A DNA stretch of 57,442 nucleotides, the filler included, from Candidatus Woesearchaeota archaeon (GTDB lineage Archaea > Nanobdellota > Nanobdellia > Woesearchaeales > GCA-2685855), in assembly GCA_002685855.1 (NCBI GenBank). It is 4 parts of 4 records of this genome, joined end to end, with 100 filler letters (N's around TTAATTAATTAA, not from the genome) between each part and the next. Parts side by side here need not be neighbours in the genome. Positions count along the whole stretch, not along the records: positions 29,011 to 46,096 come from NYYS01000056.1; 3 more parts are not named here. One strand, given 5' to 3'. The translations under genes were made by a program, and so were the position numbers. The notes below the pieces were generated by a model, which was given only the letters and a program-made list of their open reading frames with translations, did not search any database and was not told the DNA's origin. Below, in pieces: positions 29,011-39,094 of this stretch. Positions within the stretch are counted from its first letter, which is position 1. The number at the start of each line of letters is the position of its first letter.

Positions 29011-30155
29011 AATCCAATAAACATACAAATCAAAAACAAACTTACAGAACCCCACAAAGGATCCATGCTCGTCTTGATAGGTCCAATCTTAAAATCAACC
29101 TTCTTAAACTTTTTAAGATGCTTACTCTCAGAAATATCTGTTTCCCCATACCCTGTAGGCCGTGTTGCCAAAATATTCTTCCCCATATAAAAAACACCCG
29201 CAGGAAGCAGAATATTATACAACGTAAACAGATGATACCACTTCACACCTTCCATAAAACTCACAACCAACGGCAAAATAACCAAACCAAGAATAGGAAG
29301 AATAATACCCAGCATGTGCAGCATCGTAATCGGGCTCTTCAAGTTATGCGCATAATGCAACATCTTCTCATAGGTCTCATCCAGCATAACCTCTAAACCC
29401 TTATCCAGACTATTCAGCCTCCGGGACTCATCCCCTTCATACAAACTACCAATAATAAGATTCATGCTCTCAATAAACTCAGAATTCCACTTCCTCCAAC
29501 TATTCAGATAATCTTCAACAGACTCCCGCACATTTTCAAACTTCTCTGTTTCAACATTCCACACAACCTTCTTCAGATCAAGCGACAACGGCGGAGAAAG
29601 ATGCTCTGCAGCAAAATCAATAGCCAACTCAAGATTAGCAGTATGCCTGATATAGGTTACAACATAAAAAACACACAACACCATCTGGTTGCTTGCCTTC
29701 AGTCTCCATTGATTTGCTAAAAAGAAAGGCATCTTCTGCAACGAGATCATCAACACAACACCAACAAGAAGAGAGGACATAATAAAGAACATGCTTGGCG
29801 CCCCAGTAAGCACCATAAACACACCACCGCCCAGAAAAATCCCGAACAAAATCATCAGCATCGGAGCAAGAAAGGACAAACTTGTCGCACCCGTTGGAGT
29901 AACATTCAGATGACAGATATCAATAGCTTCCTGCAAAGGAGGAATCTTCTTCTTGTCCGGCTTAATATTCAGAATCTTCTCACTCAGATTGCATGCCTTC
30001 TCATACCACGAAAGATGCTTGGGCAGATACTCCTTCTTAAATTCCTCATACGCACGGGTTCGTATAGGTTGATCCTCTTCCAGAGGTTCCCCACGAAGCT
30101 GCTTCTTTAGCTTGGAAGCATACTTCTCCTTAAGCATATCATACCCTTCTGCCAT
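29011..30155 (-). CDS. Type IV pilus/secretion membrane platform protein (TadC/ArlJ/GspF-like), 3' truncated
   Basis: SD AAGGAGTGA before MAEGYD; TM pairs, ANLELAIDFAAEHL..LSLDL, LHMLGIILPILGLVILP; downstream of secretion ATPase. Confidence 0.75.
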
Positions 30156-30365
30156 TCTCACTCCTTTTTTAAACAATTTTTAATTCCTGCCTATTTAAAG
30201 CTTGTTGTACATCACGCCCATTCCCTCTATTTTATTACCTAAAAATCGCTGGGTTCAAAGCCCCGCTCTTCAGAGCGAGTTTTATGGTTCAAAAATCCGC
30301 CGATCAAGCGGATTTTGTTACTTCAGAATAGAAATCTTTAAAAAACACCAACTGTTCCCCTGTAA

Positions 30366-31034
30366 ATGACGGCTTTTCAGGACTTTTTAGATACACAGGA
30401 AGAGATCTACGACCGCTTCAGAGATACCTCTGCAGTTCAGGAAAACGGATTAACACCTTCAAAACCAGTCATTGAAGGACAGGGCGGCTACCTGATCGCT
30501 TTACGACACAACGATTCAGTTGTCGAACCTATGGCACGATTCGCCGAACGATTAACAGACATTGTCCCAGTAATCACCTACGATGCTTCTAACGTTCATA
30601 CTGCTCTCTCTGCACCTCATGTTTCTCCTCGATTCGCTCCTGATGACCAAATATTAGAAGAACTTGCAGTGGGAGTATTTCAAATGGTTCATGCATTAGA
30701 AAAACCCTCAATATCCTATATTGAATGGCTCTACAATCAAGACACCGTCATCCTGGCAGGAAATCCTGATCAAAGATTTTACACTAATTTGTTGAAGATG
30801 GAACGATTCTTCAGAGATCAAGGACAATCCCTTCCCCTTCCTGCTATGGCACACATGACTGCTGCTCGGTTTACAGAACCTGTTCCACCCTGCCACCTCC
30901 ATGATTTTTATGAACTTATGCAGGACGCACCCGATATTGGAACAAGCAAGCCAGAAGAAATTCTTGTTGGATATTTTACCATGGACGCAAAAAACGGCTT
31001 TAAAGTCCACGAATATGAGTCATTAATATTGTAA
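30366..31034 (+). CDS. Hypothetical protein, possible 2H phosphoesterase fold
   Basis: Two His motifs (VHTAL, AHMTAA) about 85 aa apart. Confidence 0.55.
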   Translation: MTAFQDFLDTQEEIYDRFRDTSAVQENGLTPSKPVIEGQGGYLIALRHNDSVVEPMARFAERLTDIVPVITYDASNVHTALSAPHVSPRFAPDDQILEELAVGVFQMVHALEKPSISYIEWLYNQDTVILAGNPDQRFYTNLLKMERFFRDQGQSLPLPAMAHMTAARFTEPVPPCHLHDFYELMQDAPDIGTSKPEEILVGYFTMDAKNGFKVHEYESLIL

Positions 31035-31036
31035 TC

Positions 31037-33358
31037 TTACTGTGCAAACGCCTCAAGCTCCTTCTGCTTCAACTTTTCACGAATAACTGCCTTCTCAAGC
31101 CACTCCTTCCACTCAAAAAAGATCTCCTTGCTATCCAGATGCCCCATCTTTGAAAGAACCTTCTCAGAAACATTATGAAACGCATCATTACACCGAATAA
31201 CAAACTCCGCCTCCAACAGATCATCATTCTTCTCCCGTTCAGCCACCTTGAAAATCTCCTCCTTAACCTTTGCACGCAACTGAATATTATCCCAGATCGC
31301 ATCCCAGTTCCCTGCCCACTCCTTCACATTCCCTGCAATCGCCTTCAACACATCGATATCCCCGTTAATAAAATCATCTGTTGGCTCCAGCTGGTCCGTC
31401 TTACTATTATACTTCATAATATCAACAAATCCATGCTCAGTAAGAGGATCATCCTCCCACGTCTTCCTCACCTCAGTAATCTGAGTAACCCTTCTCCACC
31501 GATGCAATCCATCCGGACTCCGGATAGGATTCGCAACAATAACAATATCCGTCGCCTTAAAACTCGTCTTAGGAACATCCAAATCATTCACAACACGATC
31601 ATACACACCATACGGACTATCCCCGTGAATCGTTCCCGCAACAACGTTCGCCAATGCACCAACACGCATCGCTTCGTAAAGCGCCCTCGCCTCCGTACTT
31701 CTCACCTCTCCCACAATCAACGCACTATCTCCCAACCGTAACGTCGTACGAATACCCTCATCAGCAGGAACCTCAGAACCCCCCTTTGACAATGCAGACG
31801 CAACCTTCATCGGCTGCACATTATATCCCAGCTTCCGCATACTCGTAGTCGGAAGCTCTAACGTATCCTCAACAGTAATAACCCTATACTTCCTCATAAT
31901 CTCCATCAAGACAGCACCCAACAACGAAGTCTTACCCGCACTCCTTGTTCCTGCAACAAGCATCGTACGATTTCCATCTACAAGAAAACTAATCAACCCT
32001 GCAGCCAACGGCGAAATCATCCGCGTCTTCAAAAACAACGGCAACGTCCAAGGCTTATCACGATGTCTGCGAAACGCATACCCCAACCCATACGGATTCA
32101 ACGGCGGTCCAATAACACCAATTCTCGCATTCGCAACATTCGGAATCGAAATCTCTGTATCCAGAATAGGATTCGCCTCATCCAACGGCCGTCCAGAGAT
32201 CATCCTCAACTTTGAAGCCCAGCTCTCTGCATCAGCAACACTCGGAATAATATTCGTCCGACACTCATCATAATCACCATGAACAAGATTAATCGGCTGC
32301 TGCCCCATCGGAGCATTCAACGTAATATCCTGTACCTTCGGATCCTCCATCAGCACCTCAATAAACCCAAACCCAACAGTATACCGAACAAGAATCTTTG
32401 TCAGCTCCTCCACCTCCTCTTTAGTCATCTTAAAATTCTTATAATTCGCCAACTCCTCAATAAGGTCTGCCCCCACATTAAAAAAAACCTCCCGCATCCG
32501 TTCAGGATCCACAAACTCCTGCTTTTCCGGCTTATGCTCCGCCATAATATTGCGCGCAAGATCCAAAAGCTCATACTTCTCCTCTGTCAACTTAAACTCC
32601 GGAGGCATCACATGATACACCGTCTGAATACTATCCTTCAACCTAAAAATAACAACCTCTATCCCTCCAAGATTATAATTATCAATTTCCTCACCTCCCT
32701 TAGGATAGGAAGCCATCAGCTTTGTAAACATAAAATCCGGCTTTATCGTCGGAGCAAAGAACTTCCGATAGATCTCCCGATTCCCTATCTTGTAACCCGC
32801 AAGAAAGGTATGTGCCTTCTGGATAAATTTTGTGTTGTGTAAAATCCCCCCTATATATTTTATAACAGAAATATATTTTTTGGTGAGCGCCTCCTCCTGA
32901 GGCGTGACTGCATGTTGTAACTTAATCTCTTCGCGTCTTCGTAATCTGTCAAGCTCAACATACGCTCCTATCGGATCCTTCTTCAACAAATTAAACAAGA
33001 TCTGATGCAATTCATTAAAATGCTGATTCAACAACGGCTCAGGAGCGCCCGCAGTTTTCAAGGCATCATAGCTATACACATCTTTCTGCTTAATCAACTG
33101 ATTATAGATCTGAGCCATCTCAGCCAGCATTCGCGTCTGGGTATAATCATACTCATAATCACGCTTCTGCAGAAACTGTATCTTCGTAACATTCGGATTC
33201 TTAATCAGATTCTCAAACGTCTTTGCCATACATACTTCACTATCTTCAATACTAGGAACAAACCCCACCTTTTCAGCATCAATCCTCAGAACAGTATCCT
33301 CGCCCTCCTTTACAACCTCACTCCTCCACATATCCTCTTCAGCCATACCTTCCTGCAT
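31037..33358 (-). CDS. Type II/IV secretion system ATPase (ArlI/TadA/VirB11-like) with long N-terminal extension
   Basis: AGTRSAGKTSLL, ITVEDTLEL, LRLGDSALIVGEVRS, GTIHG. Confidence 0.92.
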   Translation of the reverse strand: MQEGMAEEDMWRSEVVKEGEDTVLRIDAEKVGFVPSIEDSEVCMAKTFENLIKNPNVTKIQFLQKRDYEYDYTQTRMLAEMAQIYNQLIKQKDVYSYDALKTAGAPEPLLNQHFNELHQILFNLLKKDPIGAYVELDRLRRREEIKLQHAVTPQEEALTKKYISVIKYIGGILHNTKFIQKAHTFLAGYKIGNREIYRKFFAPTIKPDFMFTKLMASYPKGGEEIDNYNLGGIEVVIFRLKDSIQTVYHVMPPEFKLTEEKYELLDLARNIMAEHKPEKQEFVDPERMREVFFNVGADLIEELANYKNFKMTKEEVEELTKILVRYTVGFGFIEVLMEDPKVQDITLNAPMGQQPINLVHGDYDECRTNIIPSVADAESWASKLRMISGRPLDEANPILDTEISIPNVANARIGVIGPPLNPYGLGYAFRRHRDKPWTLPLFLKTRMISPLAAGLISFLVDGNRTMLVAGTRSAGKTSLLGAVLMEIMRKYRVITVEDTLELPTTSMRKLGYNVQPMKVASALSKGGSEVPADEGIRTTLRLGDSALIVGEVRSTEARALYEAMRVGALANVVAGTIHGDSPYGVYDRVVNDLDVPKTSFKATDIVIVANPIRSPDGLHRWRRVTQITEVRKTWEDDPLTEHGFVDIMKYNSKTDQLEPTDDFINGDIDVLKAIAGNVKEWAGNWDAIWDNIQLRAKVKEEIFKVAEREKNDDLLEAEFVIRCNDAFHNVSEKVLSKMGHLDSKEIFFEWKEWLEKAVIREKLKQKELEAFAQ

Positions 33359-33560
33359 TCCTGAACCTATTTAAACTTTATGGAATCCTTGGACGAAGAT
33401 GAAATTCTTTTTTTAGATGTTATTTTTTTGGGGGGTTTTCTTTTTGTAGGAGTAAGCAGAACAAATAGTGAATAAATCCTTTAAAATCGTATATACTTGA
33501 GTATAGAAATATTTTTAAATGGTTATGTGTGTATTAGTATTATTATAATGGTTTGACAAG

Positions 33561-33902
33561 GTGGGTGGTATGGAAACTCAGAACTTGGTTATTGTTGGAG
33601 TAGTAGCGTTTGTTGCTGTAGTTGGGATCGCTTTCCTTTTTTTGAATAACGGTTCAGAGAATCCTTCAGCTGATTCGCAAAACATAGCAGGTGAGGCCTA
33701 TCTTTTTGGCGGGGGAGCTGATCCAAAGAGTAGATTCTATTCAAACTATGAATATTCATGCTCGTGTATATCTAAAAGGACATGTAACGATCCTCCTTGT
33801 ATTGACACATGCTCATCTACTCAGAATAGGGATCGGGTTTGGTGCCGACCTTCCCCAGGATCTATTTGCTCTGCGTGTAAGCTAGGGGTGACACCCAATT
33901 AG
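33561..33902 (+). CDS. Small Cys-rich membrane-anchored/secreted protein
   Basis: N-terminal TM helix, NIAGEA motif, 8 Cys in C-terminal half. Confidence 0.7.
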   Translation: MGGMETQNLVIVGVVAFVAVVGIAFLFLNNGSENPSADSQNIAGEAYLFGGGADPKSRFYSNYEYSCSCISKRTCNDPPCIDTCSSTQNRDRVWCRPSPGSICSACKLGVTPN

Positions 33903-33911
33903 AGGTAAAAA

Positions 33912-34190
33912 ATGAATATGAAAAAATCACTGTTGTTGACGTTGTTCACAGTTCTGACGCTGATGCTGGTGTCCTGTTCTCAATCAAATGTTTCAGGGAA
34001 AGCTTCAGGACTTTTTGGTTCTAAGGATACGTTAGAGCTGGATAAGGGTGAAACCCTTGACTTTTTTTGTTCATGCACGGGAGAATATGGGTATTGCGAT
34101 ATTATTGGTGAAGGAGATGATTTGGAGTGTAAGGATAGCTTGACTGATCCGTGTGGGGGAAGTTGTGTTTCAGATGCGGCTATAAACTAA
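33912..34190 (+). CDS. Small Cys-rich lipoprotein
   Basis: SD GAGGT; MKKSLLL..LVSC lipobox, NVSGKA, 6-Cys domain. Confidence 0.75.
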   Translation: MNMKKSLLLTLFTVLTLMLVSCSQSNVSGKASGLFGSKDTLELDKGETLDFFCSCTGEYGYCDIIGEGDDLECKDSLTDPCGGSCVSDAAIN

Positions 34191-34255
34191 TTCTTACTTT
34201 CTTCACCCTCTCTTTTTTCGATAACCTTTTAAACATCTCAAACCCAAATAAACAT

Positions 34256-34684
34256 ATGGAACCGCAACCCCCTCCCCAGGATATTCCCCCCTTCTTATCA
34301 GAACAGAAACCTGGATCGGAAACAAAGAAAAAAGATGATCCTGCAGGGAACTTCCAGGCACTTGCATCAAAGGTCAACGACACAGAAGCCCGCCTTCGAG
34401 TCCTCGAAGAACGCTACGGCAATATCAGAAAGAAAACACAGCTTACAGACCAGAATATGCTAGATTTTGAAAAAGAGTTCTCACGAGAGATGAAAATGGT
34501 GCTGGAAAGCCTCACAGACCTCAAGAGAACAATGTCCACAACAGAGGAAAAACTCCAGCAGATCCAGTCAGAACTCTCACGAACCGCCACTAAATATGAA
34601 GTTCAGACCCTTGAACGCTATCTCGATCTCTGGCAGCCCATGCAATTTGTCCAAAAACAGCAAACCCCCCAAACAAAAGAGTAA
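34256..34684 (+). CDS. Hypothetical coiled-coil protein
   Basis: TATA TTTTAAA at ~34227 then ATG 34256; long heptad helix. Confidence 0.75.
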   Translation: MEPQPPPQDIPPFLSEQKPGSETKKKDDPAGNFQALASKVNDTEARLRVLEERYGNIRKKTQLTDQNMLDFEKEFSREMKMVLESLTDLKRTMSTTEEKLQQIQSELSRTATKYEVQTLERYLDLWQPMQFVQKQQTPQTKE

Positions 34685-34729
34685 CATTTAAATAGGCTCT
34701 TTTCACATATACTAAAAAAGAGGTGCCGA

Positions 34730-35440
34730 ATGCCCTTATTTGCAAAATCTCCAAAGCAGCCAAACGGCATCCCCATCGACCAGGTGAGAACAATGAAAGA
34801 TCAGGGATTAGATGACAACCAGATCGTACAAACCCTTCAGGGAGACGGCTATAACTCTAATCAGATCTTTGATGCATTAAACCAGATCAAAGTTAATCCC
34901 GCAGGTCTGCCCCAGCAAGCAGGAGCCGATCCAACACTTTCTCAACAAGATCCGGGAATCTTTCAGCAAGATCAGGGAATGCCTCCGCCAGGAGGGATGC
35001 CGCCCCCAGGCGCAATGCCGCCCCCAGGAGGGATGCCACCACCCGGAGGACTGCCACAACAAGATCCTGTTTCTGTCCAGCCACCCCCAGGACAACCCGA
35101 TGCAGGTGGAGAAACCACAGAAGAGCTCATAGAGGCAATTATCGATGAGAAATGGAACGATCTCCTAAAAGATATCACAAAGATCATAGAATGGAAAAAC
35201 AAGACCGAAACAGATATTGTGGCCATGAAACAGCAGTTTGAAGACCTAAAACAACAATTCGACAGACTCCATCAGGCAGTCGTGGGAAAAATAGGTGAGT
35301 ATGACCGTAACATCCTCAGTGTGGGAGCAGAAGTCAAAGCCATGGAAAAAGTATTCTCTAAAGTCCTGCCTGTCTTCACAGAAAACGTTTCAGAACTCTC
35401 TAAGATCACAACTTCTCTGAAGAAGAGCCCTAAGAAATAG
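34730..35440 (+). CDS. Hypothetical protein with Pro-rich linker and C-terminal coiled coil
   Basis: SD GAGGTG; EELIEAIIDEKW followed by coiled coil. Confidence 0.8.
   Translation: MPLFAKSPKQPNGIPIDQVRTMKDQGLDDNQIVQTLQGDGYNSNQIFDALNQIKVNPAGLPQQAGADPTLSQQDPGIFQQDQGMPPPGGMPPPGAMPPPGGMPPPGGLPQQDPVSVQPPPGQPDAGGETTEELIEAIIDEKWNDLLKDITKIIEWKNKTETDIVAMKQQFEDLKQQFDRLHQAVVGKIGEYDRNILSVGAEVKAMEKVFSKVLPVFTENVSELSKITTSLKKSPKK
34979..35050 (+). repeat. Four 18-nt coding repeats (MPPPG[GA])
   Basis: ATGCCNCCNCCNGGNGSN x4. Confidence 0.85.
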
Positions 35441-35444
35441 ATTC

Positions 35445-36041
35445 TTATCGCGTTCCTAAGGTCATAGTAAACGTCGCTATCAACAGAATAAACAACAATC
35501 CCAACACCTTGGGATGAAAGATCGTATTTACAAGATTAGATTGATAATCGCCAGTATCAGTATCACTGCTCACCTCGATCCCCCCTGGTACAACATCCTC
35601 GCCAATAATTTCTGTGTTTCCTCCTACACTTCCTGTTCCATCCTGTTCTTCAAGAAGTCCCTGTCCCATAGCATTTCCCAATGCAAACAAGACAATAATA
35701 ATGCCCACAATAATGATCGTCCATTTAACTTCATTCACCTTTGCTGCATTCAAGATATCAGTCTCACTCACACCCATCATGCGAAAGCTAATCAGAATAA
35801 GAAAGATGACGAGCGCTAACAAGATAAACCAGGGCGTTACAAAACCAAGCGTCAAGACTGCAACATCAGACATCACAAACAAGGCAGCCAGTGCCAGCGC
35901 AATCCATGCGTGTAACCCTTTATTATCCTTTCCTAACACGTTTAGATAAGAAAGTATGCCGTAAAATAAAAAGAAAATAAGAAGGAACATGAACACTATC
36001 CCGAAGTGTTGAAATAATCCTATATCGAGCAGTGTTGCCAT
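35445..36041 (-). CDS. Hypothetical multi-pass membrane protein (paralog 3)
   Basis: FMFLLIFFLFYGIL motif, several TM helices. Confidence 0.75.
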   Translation of the reverse strand: MATLLDIGLFQHFGIVFMFLLIFFLFYGILSYLNVLGKDNKGLHAWIALALAALFVMSDVAVLTLGFVTPWFILLALVIFLILISFRMMGVSETDILNAAKVNEVKWTIIIVGIIIVLFALGNAMGQGLLEEQDGTGSVGGNTEIIGEDVVPGGIEVSSDTDTGDYQSNLVNTIFHPKVLGLLFILLIATFTMTLGTR

Positions 36042-36050
36042 ATTCTCTCT

Positions 36051-36641
36051 CTATTTCTTGAGTGTTTTACCCAACTCTTTCCAAAATCCATCTTCCTTTT
36101 TGGAATCATCAGGTTCGTGCGTGATGAAGTAGATGATGATACCAAACACAAGGATGACTGTTACTAACGCCTGTGTATCCGGATCTCGTAAAAAGTTCAT
36201 TCCCCAAGGGAATCCGGTACCAAACCACCCCGCTGCTCCTCCAAAAATAACCACAACCGCAAGTAAGGATATAAGCACAGCCCAGCTTGCAAGGCTTCCG
36301 CCTGCAATATTGACTTCATCTCCAAGTAGTCCGAGGATAATCAAGAGACATAAGATCGCAACTAAAAAGAGCGAAATATTCGGCAAAGCCGAATTCATAA
36401 TCTCAACCACATCTTTACCTGGCGGATACCTGCCCGTAATATGTGGAATCACTACTGCTAGCGCCAACACCAATGCTATTGTAACACTATATGGCTTATT
36501 CTTATCTTTTTCAGTCCCAAATATTTTCACCTTTTGCAAGACCGCATACACTACCACAAAGATCAATAAAAATGGTAGCAATACATCACTAAGCCCCATA
36601 TTTTCTAACCTGATAAACATCTCCTCAAATCCCATCGTCAA
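36051..36641 (-). CDS. Hypothetical multi-pass membrane protein (paralog 2)
   Basis: DVLLPFLLIFVVVYAVLQKVKIFG. Confidence 0.8.
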   Translation of the reverse strand: MTMGFEEMFIRLENMGLSDVLLPFLLIFVVVYAVLQKVKIFGTEKDKNKPYSVTIALVLALAVVIPHITGRYPPGKDVVEIMNSALPNISLFLVAILCLLIILGLLGDEVNIAGGSLASWAVLISLLAVVVIFGGAAGWFGTGFPWGMNFLRDPDTQALVTVILVFGIIIYFITHEPDDSKKEDGFWKELGKTLKK

Positions 36642-37216
36642 TCACCTTCCGACTTCTTTTCAGTGGAACTGCGAGCAATATCACTAAATCCACCTGTAAT
36701 ATAAAATATAAACACAACAATAATCATTAACAACGCAAACGATGCAAAAGTTGTACTATCCCAGCTCGAAAGAGTATATGCCCAGAGCCATTCAAGCCAG
36801 CCAAGCGCATCCAGGAATACAAGTACAATGCCAACAAACATAATCACTAAAAAGAGCGTCTTCCATCCTCCTTCCAAAAAAAACCCTTCTTTTTTTTCCT
36901 CATGAAAACTCCCTGCCAACATCAAAAAGCATACAGATAGTAATAGCAACAACACCATATTTGCCAATGCCTGATTAATCACTGCCACAAGCTGCGAACT
37001 AGCCACAACCAAAAAAGCAATCACAAACGCAGTCATGCTGTTCAGGTTTTTCCGGGTTGAAGTTTTACCATCCACCTCCTCCTGGCCAAACACCTTGCTC
37101 TTCTCCATTATGGCGTATACAATCGTGAACACTAGGAGAAATGGCAACACCACATCATAGACTCCTAACTTATCAAAAAACTCTATTGTTCCCCGAAACG
37201 TACTTGGCTCTACCAT
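36638..37216 (-). CDS. Hypothetical multi-pass membrane protein (paralog 1)
   Basis: DVVLPFLLVFTIVYAIMEKSKVFG. Confidence 0.8.
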   Translation of the reverse strand: MVEPSTFRGTIEFFDKLGVYDVVLPFLLVFTIVYAIMEKSKVFGQEEVDGKTSTRKNLNSMTAFVIAFLVVASSQLVAVINQALANMVLLLLLSVCFLMLAGSFHEEKKEGFFLEGGWKTLFLVIMFVGIVLVFLDALGWLEWLWAYTLSSWDSTTFASFALLMIIVVFIFYITGGFSDIARSSTEKKSEGD

Positions 37217-37371
37217 CGCTTTTAAATTAGGGTGTGAAGCCTATTTAAAGCTTTCGAAAACAATCTCTCTTGAAAAAACACTTTCAGACCCCCTTATTCT
37301 CCCTGTATACCCTCCTAATCCTTAAAGAAAAGAAGGAAAGATATTTAAAATCTTCAAAGATCTTACCAGAA

Positions 37372-39093
37372 ATGACACAAACTCACTACAGAACCCATAC
37401 CTGCGGTCAACTCAGAGAAGCCCATCTAGACAAAGAAGTAATCCTCTGCGGCTGGCTCCACAGAACCCGAGAGCACGGAAACGTCACCTTTCTCGATATA
37501 CGTGATAGGTACGGCATCACCCAAGTTGTAGCTGATGAATCCCTCAAAAAAGAACTCAACCTAAAAAAGGAATCAGTCATCCAGATAACAGGAACTGTCA
37601 AAAAAAGACCCGAAGCCAATAAAAACATGCCCACAGGTGCCATAGAACTACACGCAACCAAAATCACCCTTCTCAACCCCTCGGAAACCCTTCCCCTGGA
37701 TCTGGAAGGCCACTCCGACATGACAGAGGAAACCCGCCTTAAATACCGCTACCTCGACCTCAGAAGACACAAAATGCAGGAAAATCTTATCACACGCCAT
37801 AAAGCAATGATCTCTGCAAGAAACTTCTTTGATAAAGAAGGATTTGTCGAAATCGAGACCCCTATGCTCGCAAAATCCACCCCAGAAGGAGCCCGCGACT
37901 TCCTCGTACCCAGCAGACTCCACAAAGGAAAGATGTACGCCCTCCCCCAATCACCCCAAATATTCAAACAACTCCTTATGCTCTCGGGATTTGACCGCTA
38001 CATCCAGTTCGCCCGCTGCTTCCGCGACGAAGACCTCAGAGCCGACCGCCAAACCGACTTCACCCAGATCGACCTTGAAATGAGCTTTGTTCAGGAACAG
38101 GACATCTACACAATCATGGAAAAATTCGTCAAACAACTCTGGAAAGACATCTTCAACCAGGAACTCCCAACCCCCTTTCCCCGCCTCACCTACGAAGAAG
38201 CCATGAACACCTATGGAAAAGACTCCCCTGACCGAAGATTCGAACTCCACCTCCACAACCTCACAACCATCCTAAAAAAATCAGACTTCACCATCTTCAA
38301 AGATGCAGAATACATCTCCTGCATCATTCTCGACAAAGAACAATCAAGAAAAGAGATAGACAAAGCCACAGAGCAAGTAAAAATCCACGGAGCAAAAGGT
38401 CTCGCCTGGGTAAAAATCACAGATACCTTTGAAGGAGGAATCTCAAAATTTCTCTCGTCTGAAATACAGCAGCAACTCAGAAAAGAACTCAAACTAAACA
38501 AAGGAAAAACAATCTTCTTTGTCGCAGACCAAAAAAAGATAGTCCTCCCTGCATTGGGAAACCTCAGACTCTATTTCGGAAAAAAATATGAATTCATCAA
38601 AGAAGAATGGAACTTCACCTGGATCACAGACTTTCCACTTCTCGACTGGAACCAGGAAGAAGAACGCTATGTCTCAATGCACCATCCCTTCACCGCACCA
38701 AAAGAAGAAGACATCTCCCTTCTAGAAACAACCCCTGAAAAAGCAAAAAGCAATGCCTACGATCTCGTCCTCAACGGAGTAGAAATCGCAGGAGGTTCTA
38801 TCAGAATACACAAATCCGATCTCCAAAAAAAGATGTTCCATGCATTAAACATCCCCGAAAAAGAAGCAGAAGAAAAATTCGGCTTCCTTATCAACGCATT
38901 CAAATACGGAGCTCCTCCCCATGGAGGCATCGCATTCGGCTTTGATAGATTAATCGCACTCATAACAAAAAACGAATCAATCCGCGAAGTCATCGCATTC
39001 CCCAAAACAAAAAGTGCAGAAGACCTCATGATGGAATCACCATCAGATGTTTCCCCACAACAGCTCAAAGAGCTCGGCCTAAAAAAAGATTAA
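37372..39093 (+). CDS. aspS: Aspartate--tRNA ligase, bacterial type (GAD insertion)
   Basis: YRTHTCGQL, RLKYRYLDLRR, STPEGARDF, ALPQSPQIFKQLLM, GAKGLAW, GAPPHGGIAFG; TATA at ~37344. Confidence 0.95.
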   Translation: MTQTHYRTHTCGQLREAHLDKEVILCGWLHRTREHGNVTFLDIRDRYGITQVVADESLKKELNLKKESVIQITGTVKKRPEANKNMPTGAIELHATKITLLNPSETLPLDLEGHSDMTEETRLKYRYLDLRRHKMQENLITRHKAMISARNFFDKEGFVEIETPMLAKSTPEGARDFLVPSRLHKGKMYALPQSPQIFKQLLMLSGFDRYIQFARCFRDEDLRADRQTDFTQIDLEMSFVQEQDIYTIMEKFVKQLWKDIFNQELPTPFPRLTYEEAMNTYGKDSPDRRFELHLHNLTTILKKSDFTIFKDAEYISCIILDKEQSRKEIDKATEQVKIHGAKGLAWVKITDTFEGGISKFLSSEIQQQLRKELKLNKGKTIFFVADQKKIVLPALGNLRLYFGKKYEFIKEEWNFTWITDFPLLDWNQEEERYVSMHHPFTAPKEEDISLLETTPEKAKSNAYDLVLNGVEIAGGSIRIHKSDLQKKMFHALNIPEKEAEEKFGFLINAFKYGAPPHGGIAFGFDRLIALITKNESIREVIAFPKTKSAEDLMMESPSDVSPQQLKELGLKKD

Positions 39094-39094
39094 A

